From NCBI GenBank assembly GCA_043228905.1, contig JBHGNT010000014.1, positions 8,618,001 to 8,682,000 of the forward strand: a stretch of DNA of 64,000 bases, read 5' to 3'. The stretch is from Azolla caroliniana (taxonomy: Eukaryota; Plantae; Polypodiophyta). Both the position numbers and the translations under genes were made by a program. Below, one piece after another: positions 47,798-59,907 of the stretch (its first letter is position 1; each line of letters begins with the position of its first letter). The notes beneath the pieces are model-generated. The model saw only the letters and a program-made list of their open reading frames with translations, was not told the origin of the DNA and ran no database searches.

Positions 47798-47831
<34 letters not shown>

Positions 47832-50800
47832 TATATTAACGTCTTTTAAGAGGCCAAAATGGCCTATAAGACCGAATAAGAGATTACATCTTAAATGTTT
47901 TCTCGTCTTTGAGAACAAATCAAAATAAAATAAATATTACACAGTAAATATAAAAGTAAATAAGATGAAAAGAAAAGAGACGAGAGAATCTGGTTTTTGG
48001 CACATGCGAGATTCTCAAGTTAGGTGTATTGTAGCTTTTGTCTCCGAAAGATCTCTATCATAGGTCGATCCAGAATGGAAATGTCTCCGAAGCGAGGGAA
48101 GCACCTACGATGGCGGGAGATAATGGCTTTTATTTGTTGATGACAAGGGTGTCGAGGTCGTGGTCCATGGGGCCGGGGCCTACGTGCACGGCAAATTGCC
48201 ATTGCCTGATCAATCGTAACCCCTTTGTTATATCCTGGTCTGGATCCCATTTCTGTATCCTGGGGTTGACTTCTAGCATTAGGAGTGATGGAGCTAAAGA
48301 AAGTTGTGATTGTTCTTTGTGGATGAGCTTGTGTGGTTGTATTCTTCAACAACTTTTGCCGATGTCTCTTGAGCTCGAGCAAGAAAAGTCCTAGGCATCT
48401 TTGGTCCTCATATTCCATTACCTTGCGTAGTGGGCCAAAGCCTTGTTTAAAGAGGCAATGGTATTTCCCTCTGATTTCATAAAAGACACTACAATGACAA
48501 ACATAGTGTTCTTCAGATTCCACTCCTTGATGACACAATTGGCAAATTCTCTCTTCTAGAGGTAGTCGTGTATATCTGCCCACCTCAATCTGTAGCTGAT
48601 GTGATGAGGTTCGCAGCTGCCCTATCACACTACGCAGCGCATAGGATAGATGTATGTCCATATAAGGTGGCCTTATGACAAATCCATCCTCCGATGTATG
48701 TAAGAAGTGTGTCTTATAGTGGGCCATCTTTGTACCAAGTGCTATTTTGGGGCTGATCCATGTTATCTTGTTTTCTAAGTTAATAATATCAGTTCGGATC
48801 ACTCTATTCTTTTCCACTTTGGTCATATTGAGATGGGGACAGTCCAAGCTATATTGGAATGGGGGTAGTGCATTTATACTCATACCATGTGACTCGAACC
48901 ATTGCTGCATTTTAGCATACCAACAGTGAGTGTCTCCATTTTCAGCCAATTGTCTTGATGACATAATTGCCAACCTTGGGCACCTTCGTTTAGGGAGCTC
49001 CCAAAGACGTTGGATAAATGTCACTGATCGGAACAATGCCTCGGTTATTATAGGTGCTGCTCCCATCTCTGCCCGGATTATATCGTGGGGCACCGATGCT
49101 TTGCTCCTTATCATGCGAGCAATCATTGACACTAAAGGTCTCTCTAAATCTTTCCAATGATTTGCCTTGTTAAGACTAGGTCCCCATGTCTCTACTCCAT
49201 AGAGAAGAGTTGGTGTGACAAGTGTATCAAATAACCACAGCTTAGTCCGTGGCTCTTGGAACTGCAAATGTGCACATTGTCTTTCGAGAGCACCCAGGGC
49301 TGCATATCCACGAGAAAGTCGGGCACAAGCGGCCTCCTGTAAGGAGAACCTAGGTCCTGTAAATGTTACTCCTAGGTATGTGTAGGAGCGTGTGTATTCC
49401 ACCTTTTACTCTCCCAAGAAGAATTCTGGTTCTGATCTTGTTACCCATGCTTGGGTGGTGTTAAACACCATCACTTTAGTTTTATTCATGTTGATTGACA
49501 AACCTTTGTCCGTACAAAATAGTTTTAAGGCATTTAGATGTCTTTGTAGTCCCTCCGGAGAGTCAGAGATCAGCACAATATCATCAACATATAGTAATAT
49601 CTGTATAGCTATACCTGCTAGGTGTGCTCCGGAACCACCAAATCTCTCTATGTACTGTGATACCTCATCTATATAGAGACCGAAGAGTGTGGGGGATAGT
49701 GGGCATCCTTGCTTCCCGCCAATTGTGCTGGCCACCGCCTCTGACAAGCCCTTAGGAGACCGAACTTTTCCTGAAACAGATTCATAGAGTGCATAGATTC
49801 CCCATTGCATATCTATAGGAACACCAATGGCCTCTAGCCGCTGCATAAGCCGAGCATGTGGCATAGTGTCAAAGGCTTTTCGAAAATCCACAAAGCAGCA
49901 ATAAATCCTCTTATTGTGGGCTCTGCCCTCCTCAATAAGGGCCCGGAGGGTGAATATGTGATCCAAAGTTGTGAAACCCTTCCGAAAGCTTGCCTGTCCA
50001 ATTGAACAACAGCCATTTTGCTCTGCCCATATACTCAATTCTGATTTCAGAATCGAGCCATATAGTTTAGCCAAGTAATGGCCAATCATGATTGTCCTAT
50101 AGTTGCTTGGCATCATGGGGTCTCCACTCTTAAGGATTGGCACAATGGTATGCTGAGTCCATCTAGTAGGAAAACCTTCGCACATGGCTCTATTAAAGAT
50201 GTGTGCTAGCAATGGGAGCAAGGTGTCACGGGCATAGATAAAGTGTTCACCCACCAAGCCATCATAGATAAAGTGTTCACCCACCAAGTGTCACGGGAAA
50301 GAGAAAGGAAAGGGCAAGAAGATAGATGATTTCATAGAAGAAAAGAGAGACATTCAACCCAGGAAATGCAATACTAAAATTGAAGAGGTGAATGTAGTCA
50401 CTCATGATAGTTATAGTGGAAATGATGTACTCTTTGTTTCATCATGCCATAGAGAACATGCTTTATTTGCAGATACGGATAGTGACATGCACACTTGGAT
50501 ACTTGATTCCGGTGCTTCTTTTCACGTCACTCCTCATCGTGAGTGGTTTTCAGATTACACAGGGGGTCGACATGGTGTTGTCCATCTTGGGGACAACCAT
50601 GCATGTGAAACTGCAGGTATTGGCATTGTGCAATTACAGTTTCAGCATGGTTCTGCTTTCACACTTCAGCATGTACGGCATGTACCTCAGCTCAAGAAGA
50701 GCTTGACTAGCACAGGACAGCTAGATGATGATGGATTTCACACAACCTTTGGTGATGGGAAATGGAAGATTTGTAAGGGATCTAGAGTTATTGCCAAGGG

Positions 50801-53800
50801 TAATAAAAGTGATACTTTGTATCCTCTCCATGTATCTAGTGTGAGTGACCATGTTGTTGCCATAACCGAGCAGCCTAGTGTTTCTTTGTGGCATGGCCGG
50901 TTGGGACACATGAGTGAAATTGGTATGAAAGTATTGTCTCGTTTGGGTTACTTGCCATGTCTTCGTTATGCTGATTTTGAACATTGTGATCATTGCATTT
51001 ATGGTAAACATCTCATAAAAAGTCTCATACAAACATCTCATAAAAAGTCCCTTTCGCTGAAGTTGTCCCCGCTTGAGTTAGTACATTCAGATGTATGTCA
51101 GATGCTAGGGCTATCATTAGGGGGAAAGAAATACTTAGTCACTTTTGTCGATGATGCTACATGGAAGGTATGGGTTTACCCTATTCGTAGCAAGGATGAA
51201 GTGCTCAACAAGTTTCGAACATTTTTGGCATTAGTTGAGAATCAAATTGGTAAGACACTTAAGTGTCTTTGCTCTGACAATGGTGGGGAATATGTGTCCA
51301 AGGCCTTTCAAGCATTTTGTGACAGCAAAGGGATAAAGAGGGAACTCACTGCCCCTTATAATCCACCCCAAAATGGAGTTGCAGAGCGTATGAATCAGAC
51401 TATTCAAGTTAAGGTCCGTACTATGCTCTCTCATGCTGCGTTACCCCATGGTTTTTGGGCAGAGGCTGTTATGACAGCTGTTCACTTGATTAATCGGTCA
51501 CCTAACAGGTCTTTGGGAGGGGGAATATCCCAAGAAGCGTAGTCGGGCAAGCCACCTTCATATGCTCACTTGAGAGTGTTTGGCTGTGAGGCTTTTGTGC
51601 ACATTCGTAAAGAAGAACGCAACAAACTTGAGCCAAAGTCTTGCAAATGTATTTTCCTAGGATACGGTGACGAGGGTGAAATGGGGTATAGATTGTGGGA
51701 TCCTGAGAAAAGAAAAATAGTACACAGCAATGATGTTATCTTCCGGGAAAATCGCATGCATAAACAACCCGAAAAGACCGAGGAAGTACGGAGGGTTGTA
51801 TTCCGAGAAGAAATACCTTTTAGACAGAAAAATGTGCCCGCTGTACAGTGGCAAACACCTGCTGTAAACTTACCTGCAAATGCAGAAAATGAGGCTGCAA
51901 ATGATCAGCCAGCCTTTGCCAATAATGATGAGCCACCAAATGTGCAGGAACAGCTAGAACAGCAAGCTGTTAATGCTGATTTGCAGGCTGAAATGCCTGG
52001 ACAGCAAGTTGAAAATGATGATTTGCAGGCTCAACAGCTACCAAACAATGAGCATTGGGTTAGGAGATCGTCTAGAGTTACTAGAAAGCTTGACAGATTT
52101 GTTCCTGATGCAAACAGTGTGGCTGATTATGTCATGGTAACTGATTGTGGCGAACCGACTTGCTTCAAGGAAGCAATGGACAGACAGGACAATAAGAAAT
52201 GGTATAAAGCCATGTTGTCAGAGATGGAATCTCTTGAGAAAAATGACACTTGGAATTTGGTGCAGTTGCCTAAAGGGCAGAAAACACTTCCATGCAAATG
52301 GGTTTATAAAATGAAGGTCATTTCTGATTCCTCGCCAAAGTACAAAGCAAGATTGGTTGCAAAAGGATACAAGCAGGAATATGGAGTTGATTTTGATGAG
52401 ATCTTCTCGCCTGTAGTCAAGATGACTACATTAAGAATCATTTTGGGCTTAGTTGCAGCTGAAGATATGGAGCTCATATAGATAGATGTGAAGACCGCCT
52501 TTGTAGATGGCGATCTACATGAAGACATATATATGCAGCAGCCTGAAGGTTTTGTGGCTAAAGGCAAAGAGAAGATGGTTTGTAAGCTCAAAAGGAGTTT
52601 GTATGGGTTGAAACAAGCACCAAGAGAATGGTATCATAAATTTGATGCATTTATGCAGTCTCAAGGTTTTTGTAGAAGTCAAGTGGACCACTGCTTGTAC
52701 ACCAAGAAGGCAGGAGATGGCAGCCTGATTATCTTGGTTTTGTATGTTGATGATATGTTGATTGCTGGCAAGGATGTTCATGCCTTGAATTCATTGAAGC
52801 AAAGCCTTCATGGCAGCTTTGATATGAAGGATCTTGGTGATGCAAATCACATCCTTGGCATGCGAATACTCTGAAACCGGTCGAAAGGGGTACTCTTTCT
52901 ATCTTAGCAGGAGTATATCTCTAAGGTTTTGCAATGTTTCAATATGGAGGGGGGGAAAACAATTGGGGTTCCATTACCTCCATATTTGAAACTCAGTGCA
53001 AAAGACAGCCCTACATCTGATGATGAGAAGGCTGAAATGGCTAAGGTTCCATATGCTTCAGCTGTTGGCAGTTTGATATATGCGATGGTTGGTACACGCC
53101 TTGATATTGCCTTTGCAGTGGGAGTGGTTAGTAGGTACATGGCAAATCCCGGCAAAAAGAATTGGGAAGCAGTGAAAGGTGGGAGGTTGTTGGGAATAAA
53201 GGGCCACCGTGCCTTTTATTAGTGCACGAGTGTGAATGCACTCGTAGCACACTTTTGACTTGTATATACATAATATCCAAAAACCAAAAAAGAGGGACAC
53301 TCTTTGTACCCAAGACAGCGTGCATCTCTCTCTCTCCCTTTGTCTCTCACTCAGACTCTCTCCCTCTCTGTTTTTGACCTAAACCGTAATCCTCGTGCTG
53401 CCTTCAGATAGAGCTCATTGGGAGGCATCAAATCTATCTTGAGATATGTGAAAAAAACCAAAGGTAAAAGCCTATGATATGGAAAGGGTTCATTTTAGTG
53501 AAAAGAATTTTGGGATTTGGACATGGTAGGTGATGTGGATACACGCAAGTCCACTAGTGACTATGTAAACACCCTTGCAGGTTGAGCTATTTCATGGTGC
53601 TCCAGACTTCAGAGGATAGTTGCACTATATATTATTGAGGTCGAATATATTTTAGCCACGGAGGCTTCCGAAGAAGCCATTTGGTTAGCCCGCTAGTGCA
53701 ATGAGTTTGAGATGCCTTGAAAGGAAACTATCCTTGGATGTGATAGCGAAAGTGCCATTTGTTTGGCAAAGCATGCAATGTTTCATGCTCACAGAAAGCA

Positions 53801-56800
53801 TATTGATGTGAGATACCACTTCATTAGAGACGTGCTAGAGGATTGCCTAATCACTTTGATTAAGGTCAATACTTCATAGAATCCCGCAGATGCTCTCACA
53901 AAGTGTCTACCCAAGGCACAACAACTATATATACAAATGGTCGGAGTTACTTAGCTTAAAGGAGCCTCCTTGGTCCTTTTAAGTGGGAGGTTATTGGGGA
54001 TAAAGGCCCCAAGGAATTTTCTTTTTTTGTATATTTTGACCCTTCCCATGTGAAAACTCTGTTTGAGAGCTTTCTAAACATATTTTTGGCCCCAAATTTG
54101 GGGGTTATAACCATTCACATTATCTTTATAACATTTGGTCATTGGCCATGTGTGTGCTCAAATGACCTAAAAGTCACTTATCAATAAGAATTGGTCCCAA
54201 ATCTCTCATAATGAGATAGGGACTTTTATCGGCTAGGATGTTCGCTCCATTTTTCTACGTAGTTTTTCTTTTATTTTGATTTGTTCTCAAAGACGAGAAA
54301 ACACTCAAGATGTAATCTCTTATTTGGTCTTATAGGCCATTTTGGCCTCTTAAAAGACGTTAATATATCTTTCTTTCTTTCTTTCTCCTTACATAGTAGC
54401 CCACTCCCTTGGTGTTTTGGAGCAACCAACCAACCACGCCATCACATCTCTTTCACAGTCCTCATGCTACAAGCCATTCAAGGGGCTACGCAAGTGGGTG
54501 GGGTCTTGACAAGGACATTGCAAAGGGATTACTATAGATGAATAATATTTTTTTTTTGCACATATAGACCATGGCCTTGTGGACTCAAGCTCACCACCCT
54601 TTGGAGATCTTTCCACTTTAGATTGACCCATGCTGGAAATGTTTTAAAGGCAGAAATTGCAATCTTAACGATCTCATAATGTAGATAACAAGATTCTTTA
54701 GTTACATTTGTTTAAGTTTGTTGCTCTCAAAAACAACACAACATTTTGGGATGTAATCTCTTGTTTGGTCTTATAGGCCATTTTTGCCTTTCAAAAGATG
54801 TTAATATATCTTCCTGCTTTTTAGTGTTGGGGGCATGCAATTTAGCTTCTCGGAAGATCAATGGAATAAATACTTTTCTCAAGTAGCATTGATATGTCTA
54901 TATAATATTACAATGAATTTTACTGAAGTTATCTCATGTAGATCCATAGTTTCCAGTGTGTTAGAAGAATTATCTGCAGTATATCTTATCTTGCAATGAT
55001 CTGTGGTGGCAGGTACCATATTGGCCTACGTTATACTGGTGGTGCTCGTATGCTTTTGTATTTGAAGTTAAAAGCTGGTTTTATCCCAATAATCGTACCC
55101 GTTGTTGTCCGGGGTCTAGATGTTGATGGAGAATTGTGGTTAAAGTTGCGTCTTGTACCATCTGTACCTTGGGTAGGAGCTGCAACATGGGCCTTTGTGT
55201 CATTGCCCCGGATTAAGCTGAATCTGTCTCCTTTTCGCTTCTTTAATCTCATGGGTATGCATGATAAGGCCATAAATGCAACTTTCTAAAGACTCATTTT
55301 AGTTTTCAAGGGTTTCTAATATAGATTCTTTTATGTTTGTTGGGCTCTGCAGCAATCCCCTTCCTTTCAGTGTAAGTTCCTTCTCATTCATATGCTTTCT
55401 ATAATTGCCTTTACTGGAAGCTAGTGCCTGTATTATTATTTTATGGTAGTATTATTTTCTCTTCAGGTTTCTGACTAATCTCTTAACTCAAGATCTTCCT
55501 CAACTCTTTGTTCGACCAAAGAAGAATGTGATAAACTTCTTGAAAGGTGGTGTTGCTGGCCCTGTTCCAAAAGATTTCAGAGGTGCCACACTAGACAGAT
55601 TTTCAGGAGAACTTTCAGTAACACTCGTTGATGCAAGGAATCTCAATTGTGTTCCTTATGGTAAATATTTTTCTTTTATATACTGTACAATGTTTCAGTG
55701 ATGATTTCAAACGCATCATTTATAACACCAATTTGAGAAGTATGCAAATAAGAAGTTTACTTCAGTTTACAGAGATTGGCAAGTTTAATACTATTCCGAG
55801 TATCTACTTGTTTCTATTTGGTGTCATTTGAATGACGATTTATAAATTCATGAGCTTTTGAGAGGAGCTTAAGAAAGTGACATGTCCTTTGTTTTCTTCT
55901 CTAAAAATAGATCATTTTAAAATTGGAGGCTTCAACGTTCCAAGTTCCTATCTGTAGAAATAAAAAACTATATCTGTATTACAAAGCATTCATTCTTATT
56001 ACCAGGAAAAAACACGGTTTTGTTTCTTCAAGTTTACTGTGAAGATTATTTTCTAGATCATCTCTCCATCTTCTAAGTATGTCCTTTCCATTGAAAAATT
56101 CAGCATTTTAGATTTTGGGATGGTCTATTAAGATCTTTAACTACTGTTTATTTAGATGCAAGGTTCTTATGAGATAGCAGGTTCAGATGTAATTTCTATT
56201 TTATTTTACTTTAAGCAGTGATCCCAGAAAAAGAAAAAATATACAAGTTGCTGCACAATTTCTAGTAGCTCATTATGATAATCTGGAATACCCATGTTCT
56301 TGGTGTGAGTAGCAGCAGGCTACATCAGAAACTTCAAGATTGAGCTATATATTTCATGAAGAGTTAGTGGGATACATCCACTGTTTCTTCAAGGTTGGCT
56401 GAGGAAAGAAGGTAGATTTTCTTCAAATTTTGGGGTCATTATTGCCTGTTCTTTGGTGACATTGCGTGGAGATATGCACCTGTGTTTTTCTTTTTCATGG
56501 TCCTCTGAGGATAGAGCCAATATTCTTGGTTACGTCACTTCTATTTACCATTCTCTGTACTTCCCTCAGAATGAAGCCACATGGCAATTCTAAAGGTATT
56601 TGTATAGGTGATGTATTGCTTGTTCTCTTAGGAAAGAAAAAAATACATGTAGGAAAGAAATTTGTGTTACATGATAACTGTAAAGCATATCGGATGAAAG
56701 GAGTTGATCAACCCAGACAAACAAACCAGATGTAGATTGAAGAAAAAGAACTATACTAAGATATTTTTTAGGCCAAAATGGTTTATAAAACCGAACAAGA

Positions 56801-59800
56801 TATTACATCTTACAATGTCTTCTCATCTTTGAGAACAAAAAACAAAAATAAATATAACTAAACATGTGGTGCTAAGAACTTGAGGTTATATATAGATGGT
56901 CACAAAAGAATCGAAAGACTTAAATGCAGGAAAGGCTTCATCATTGCTTTTCACCAAATCGACCCAAATTCTCCTTGAACAATTTAACATAAGAAATAAA
57001 TCTAAAGTTCCCCCATGGATTTAGTGGGTATGCTACTAATATCAAAAAGTAAGAATCCAAAAGGTTTGCCTTGCAAGACACATGAGAATGGAATTTTTTG
57101 CGTTTTCATATTGAAAATGATTAGAGACACATGAAAATGGAATTTCTCTCTTGTTTTCTTTCATATTGAAAATCATTAGAGTGTGACACCACTCTCATTT
57201 TTAAAGGCTTTGAGCCTTACTAAGAAATACACTTCTTCTTTAGTGTTTTTTTCTTTAAACTCAATGGAATCAATCTATACCTCCATGGTTGCCTTCCAAT
57301 TTGGAGGCTCATAGGCATTTACATTATATTTATAATTATTGGTCATTGGCCGTGTGTGAACATGCCCAAATGACCTAAAAGTCTCTGGGCTTATCAATCA
57401 GAATTGGTCCCAAATCTCTCATAATGAGATAGGGACTTTTAGTGGCTAGGGTTTTCTCTCCATTTTTCTACAGTCCTTCTCTACTTTCTCTCTCCTCACA
57501 CAGCAGCCCACTCCCTAGGTGTTTTGGAGCAACTGACCACACCATCCTAAGTCATGAAGATGGTTTAGTTTTGAAGATAAGAATTTTAGGGGCTAGGGGT
57601 TTCCCTCCATTTTTCTATACAGTTTTTCTCTACTTTCTCTCTCCTCACACAGCAGCCCACTCCCTAGGTATTTTGGAGCAACTGACCATGCCTTGCCAAG
57701 TCTTTTCTTATTGATGAAGCGGGACGGGCTACCGAAATTGATCCTTTCAAAAGGTTGTGTAATCAAATATTCTAATCTTCCACACACCAAAGCTTGTACC
57801 ATCAAATATTCTCATATTATAGCATTGGCCAGTTTTAGCCAAAATTAGTCTCTGAAAGACTATTAATTTCTTAGATTAAATTTTAGAAATCTAAATTTTA
57901 ATGATAGCTACGAGAACATGCTACTGTGTAAAATAACCTTCTGGAAGTGTCCTACACACATAGGGGTATATGTTGAACAATTTTGGACTGAATCGCATAT
58001 AGGGCTATAACTTTGGTTACTTGCACTAATACTTGCAAACAGCCGGTATTGTGGGTTTTGTCTTGTATTGGACCTGTTCATGATCAATCTTCTCTAGGAA
58101 ACTTAAAATGCTTGGAGAACTGTATCACCTGCAACACTCTTTTGTTTGCATCACTTTTGTCCCAAGAAATAAAACCTTGACTTGACACAAATTTAAAAGA
58201 GACCAAGAGGTTGGTTTTTGTATCACCTGTGTAGTGGTGGACTTGGAAATGGAGTGGTTTGAGGGAGAGAATTAGTTGCGGTGCAGAGAAAAACACAGGA
58301 AAAGAGGGAGGAGATGCACGTATGTTTGTTTACAGACCCTCTAATAATATATTTGTATCATAAATCAATATCAAAGGTATAGATCATAAATCCATCGGCA
58401 AATCTATGTAAACATAGGGATTGATTTTGAGGTCTCTTTTTGATTCATGACATCCTGGGGTTGATTGATGTGCTTTCTATATCCAATTTGATGTTATCAA
58501 TTTGGATCACCTATCCAAAAGGTTAGGTGGTTGATCAGAAGGTCTGTGTCTGTCCCATGCTGTCTGCAAATAAAATATGACTTATTATTAGGGTATCCCA
58601 ATATGGGAAAAAATGAGAAAGGGTGTGACAGTTTCACACTTAAAATTGCTTCAAATTTTGAAACAGCAAGTGGAGGGTTCGAGTTGGTGCAAATTCGAAA
58701 TTTGGGAAAATTCACAAACATAGAGGGATTAATTGGGCTGGGTTTCAAATCTGTTATGTCAAGACACATAACTGTGGCCAATATCTACTATATTGAACAT
58801 TCTGCTATTAAATGAGTGATTTTTTATTTTTCTTAAACTTGTTTTGCACAAGTTAATGTTTTATTGAAAAAGAAAAGGACCAAAAGAGATCTCAAAAATT
58901 AGATAAACTCCTGATTGATTTAGTGTATATAATTTTTAATATAAACAGGAAAAACAGATCCATATGTTGTTCTTGTTCTCGGCGATCAAGTGATCAAAAG
59001 CAAACGAAATAGTCAGACATCTGTCATTGGCCCTCCTGGAAGTCCAATCTGGAATCAGGTAATAATTTCCTGTATAATAAAGAATGTTTCTCCCCAAGTT
59101 TTTTTGACATATTAATTGACAATAACTGTGCGGATCATGCTTGAGTTTTTAGGATTTCCGGCTACTTGTTGTAGATTCTAAGACTCAACGACTAGCTGTT
59201 CAGGTTCGGGACTATTTTGGGTTAACAACAGTAACCCTAGGTGTTGGAGAGGTAATGTGGATCGATCTACTTGGGCAATGCTATGCTACTTAAAAAATCC
59301 TCAGTATTTCCATTTGGTTTATTAGGTAGACCTCAGTGCTCTTCCAGACACAGTTCCAGCCGATAGAGTAGTCAGGCTGACAGGTGGTTGGGGTCTGTTT
59401 GGGAAGCGTTTTGCTGGTGAGGTGGTGTTACGACTTACATACACACCTTACATAGAAGATGAGGAAGATGAAGTTCCAGATTTGAATGGTTACGCGCCAG
59501 GGACTGAGGAGAATTCAAATGATGTGCCTTTATTCAATGGAGGGGACAGTTATTTGATTGATATGTTTGAAGCAGTTATTGCTGAACTTAACAATGAAGG
59601 TTTAGAATCTGGAGATAATAACAAGGAAAGCATATTAAAAGACGATAAAATCCTTGGATTCAACAGCAACAATGATAACAAAAACTCAGCTTCTAATGAA
59701 GCACAAACTGCAGATAGAAGTAAGCAGCGTGCTGTTTTGGTTCATGTTAAATTAGTTGAGATATATTCAAAAACAGCCACAGATTTAACCAACTTTTGCA

Positions 59801-59907
59801 TGTTCGCTCCCTCTACAGGAACAACACTGGTATGGCTTGGGTTGGTGACTGGACTGGTTATATTGGTGGATATTAGCTTAAATTTCTCAAATCTTCTGAA
59901 CCCATGA
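37934..59907 (+). CDS. NTMC2T5: SMP + C2 domain synaptotagmin/tricalbin-like protein (NTMC2T5 family), about 676 aa; join 37934-38817, 55013-55254, 55353-55371, 55467-55660, 58949-59058, 59153-59251, 59326-59719, 59819-59907
   Basis: TM then KESVEWVNMVLGKLWKVYR, RRTSRRANDVQ|YHIGLRYTGGARM, AIPFLSVFLTNLLTQDLP, C2 GELSVTLVDAR..GKTDPY..PIWNQDF, C-terminal TM ending NP*. All introns are GT-AG with consistent phases (2031 nt total). Confidence 0.9.
39400..45604 (-). mobile_element. Degenerate Copia element A with internal inversion and three LTR copies
   Basis: LTRs at 39400-39712, 45291-45604 and inverted at 42109-42420; PBS TGGTATGAGAGC near 45277-45288; gag/PR/INT on minus (45200-42421), INT end-RT-RH on plus (40022-42078); TSD unclear. 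Confidence 0.85.
43856..44615. mobile_element. Non-autonomous hAT element (MITE) in Copia A gag
   Basis: TIR TAGCAATGrGCrCGG, 8-bp TSD TTGGCTGA, AACCG subterminal motifs, internal 62-bp tandem repeats (~44130-44360). Confidence 0.92.
46297..46742 (+). mobile_element. 5'-truncated LINE 3' fragment inside the Copia B 5' LTR
   Basis: Reverse complement of ~47825-48282 with ATATATCTTTCTTT tail; absent from the 3' LTR. Confidence 0.9.
47812..50296 (-). mobile_element. 5'-truncated non-LTR retrotransposon (RTE-X/RTE-like) with (TTTC)n tail, inserted in Copia B gag
   Basis: RT motifs NYRTI, FVDFRKAFD, KQGCPLSPTLF, YVDD, YLGV; C-terminal SHQLQIEVGR..ERICQLC..ESEEHYVCHC; one in-frame stop near 49406; apparent TSD GAAAGA; removal restores gag WKKEKGKGK. 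Confidence 0.9.
54271..54385 (+). mobile_element. Short 3'-end copy of the same LINE (further copies at ~54717-54815 + and ~56741-56857 -)
   Basis: GTTCTCAAAGACGAGA..GGTCTTATAGGCCATTTTGGCCTCTTAAAAGACGTTAATATATC(TTTC)n. Confidence 0.85.
57320..57690 (+). repeat. LTR-like fragment homologous to 54118-54430, with an internal ~100-bp duplication
   Basis: Shared GAATTGGTCCCAAATCTCTCATAATGAGATAGGGACTTTT and CAGCCCACTCCCTAGGTGTTTTGGAGCAAC. Confidence 0.7.

Larger units (their letters stand above)
46149..53406 (+). mobile_element. Copia element B lacking RNase H
   Basis: LTRs 46149-46814 (with LINE insert) and 53188-53406, TSD GTTAG/GATAG, PBS TGGTATCAGAGC 46818-46829, gag 47066-, PR-INT 50388-, RT to 53178 followed directly by the PPT. 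Confidence 0.9.
45810..54480 (+). mobile_element. Decayed Copia C (RT end, RH, PPT, LTR remnant), related to A and interrupted by Copia B
   Basis: PYMSACGSLMYAMVATR..RFMANL at 46030-46148 resumes as RAHWE..ILRY at 53410; KHIDVRYHF ~53800; PPT and LTR start ~53980-54010; boundaries approximate. Confidence 0.75.

Noticed and set aside
51005-51050. Short tandem duplication in Copia B integrase
   Set aside because: Ordinary slippage in a dead element.
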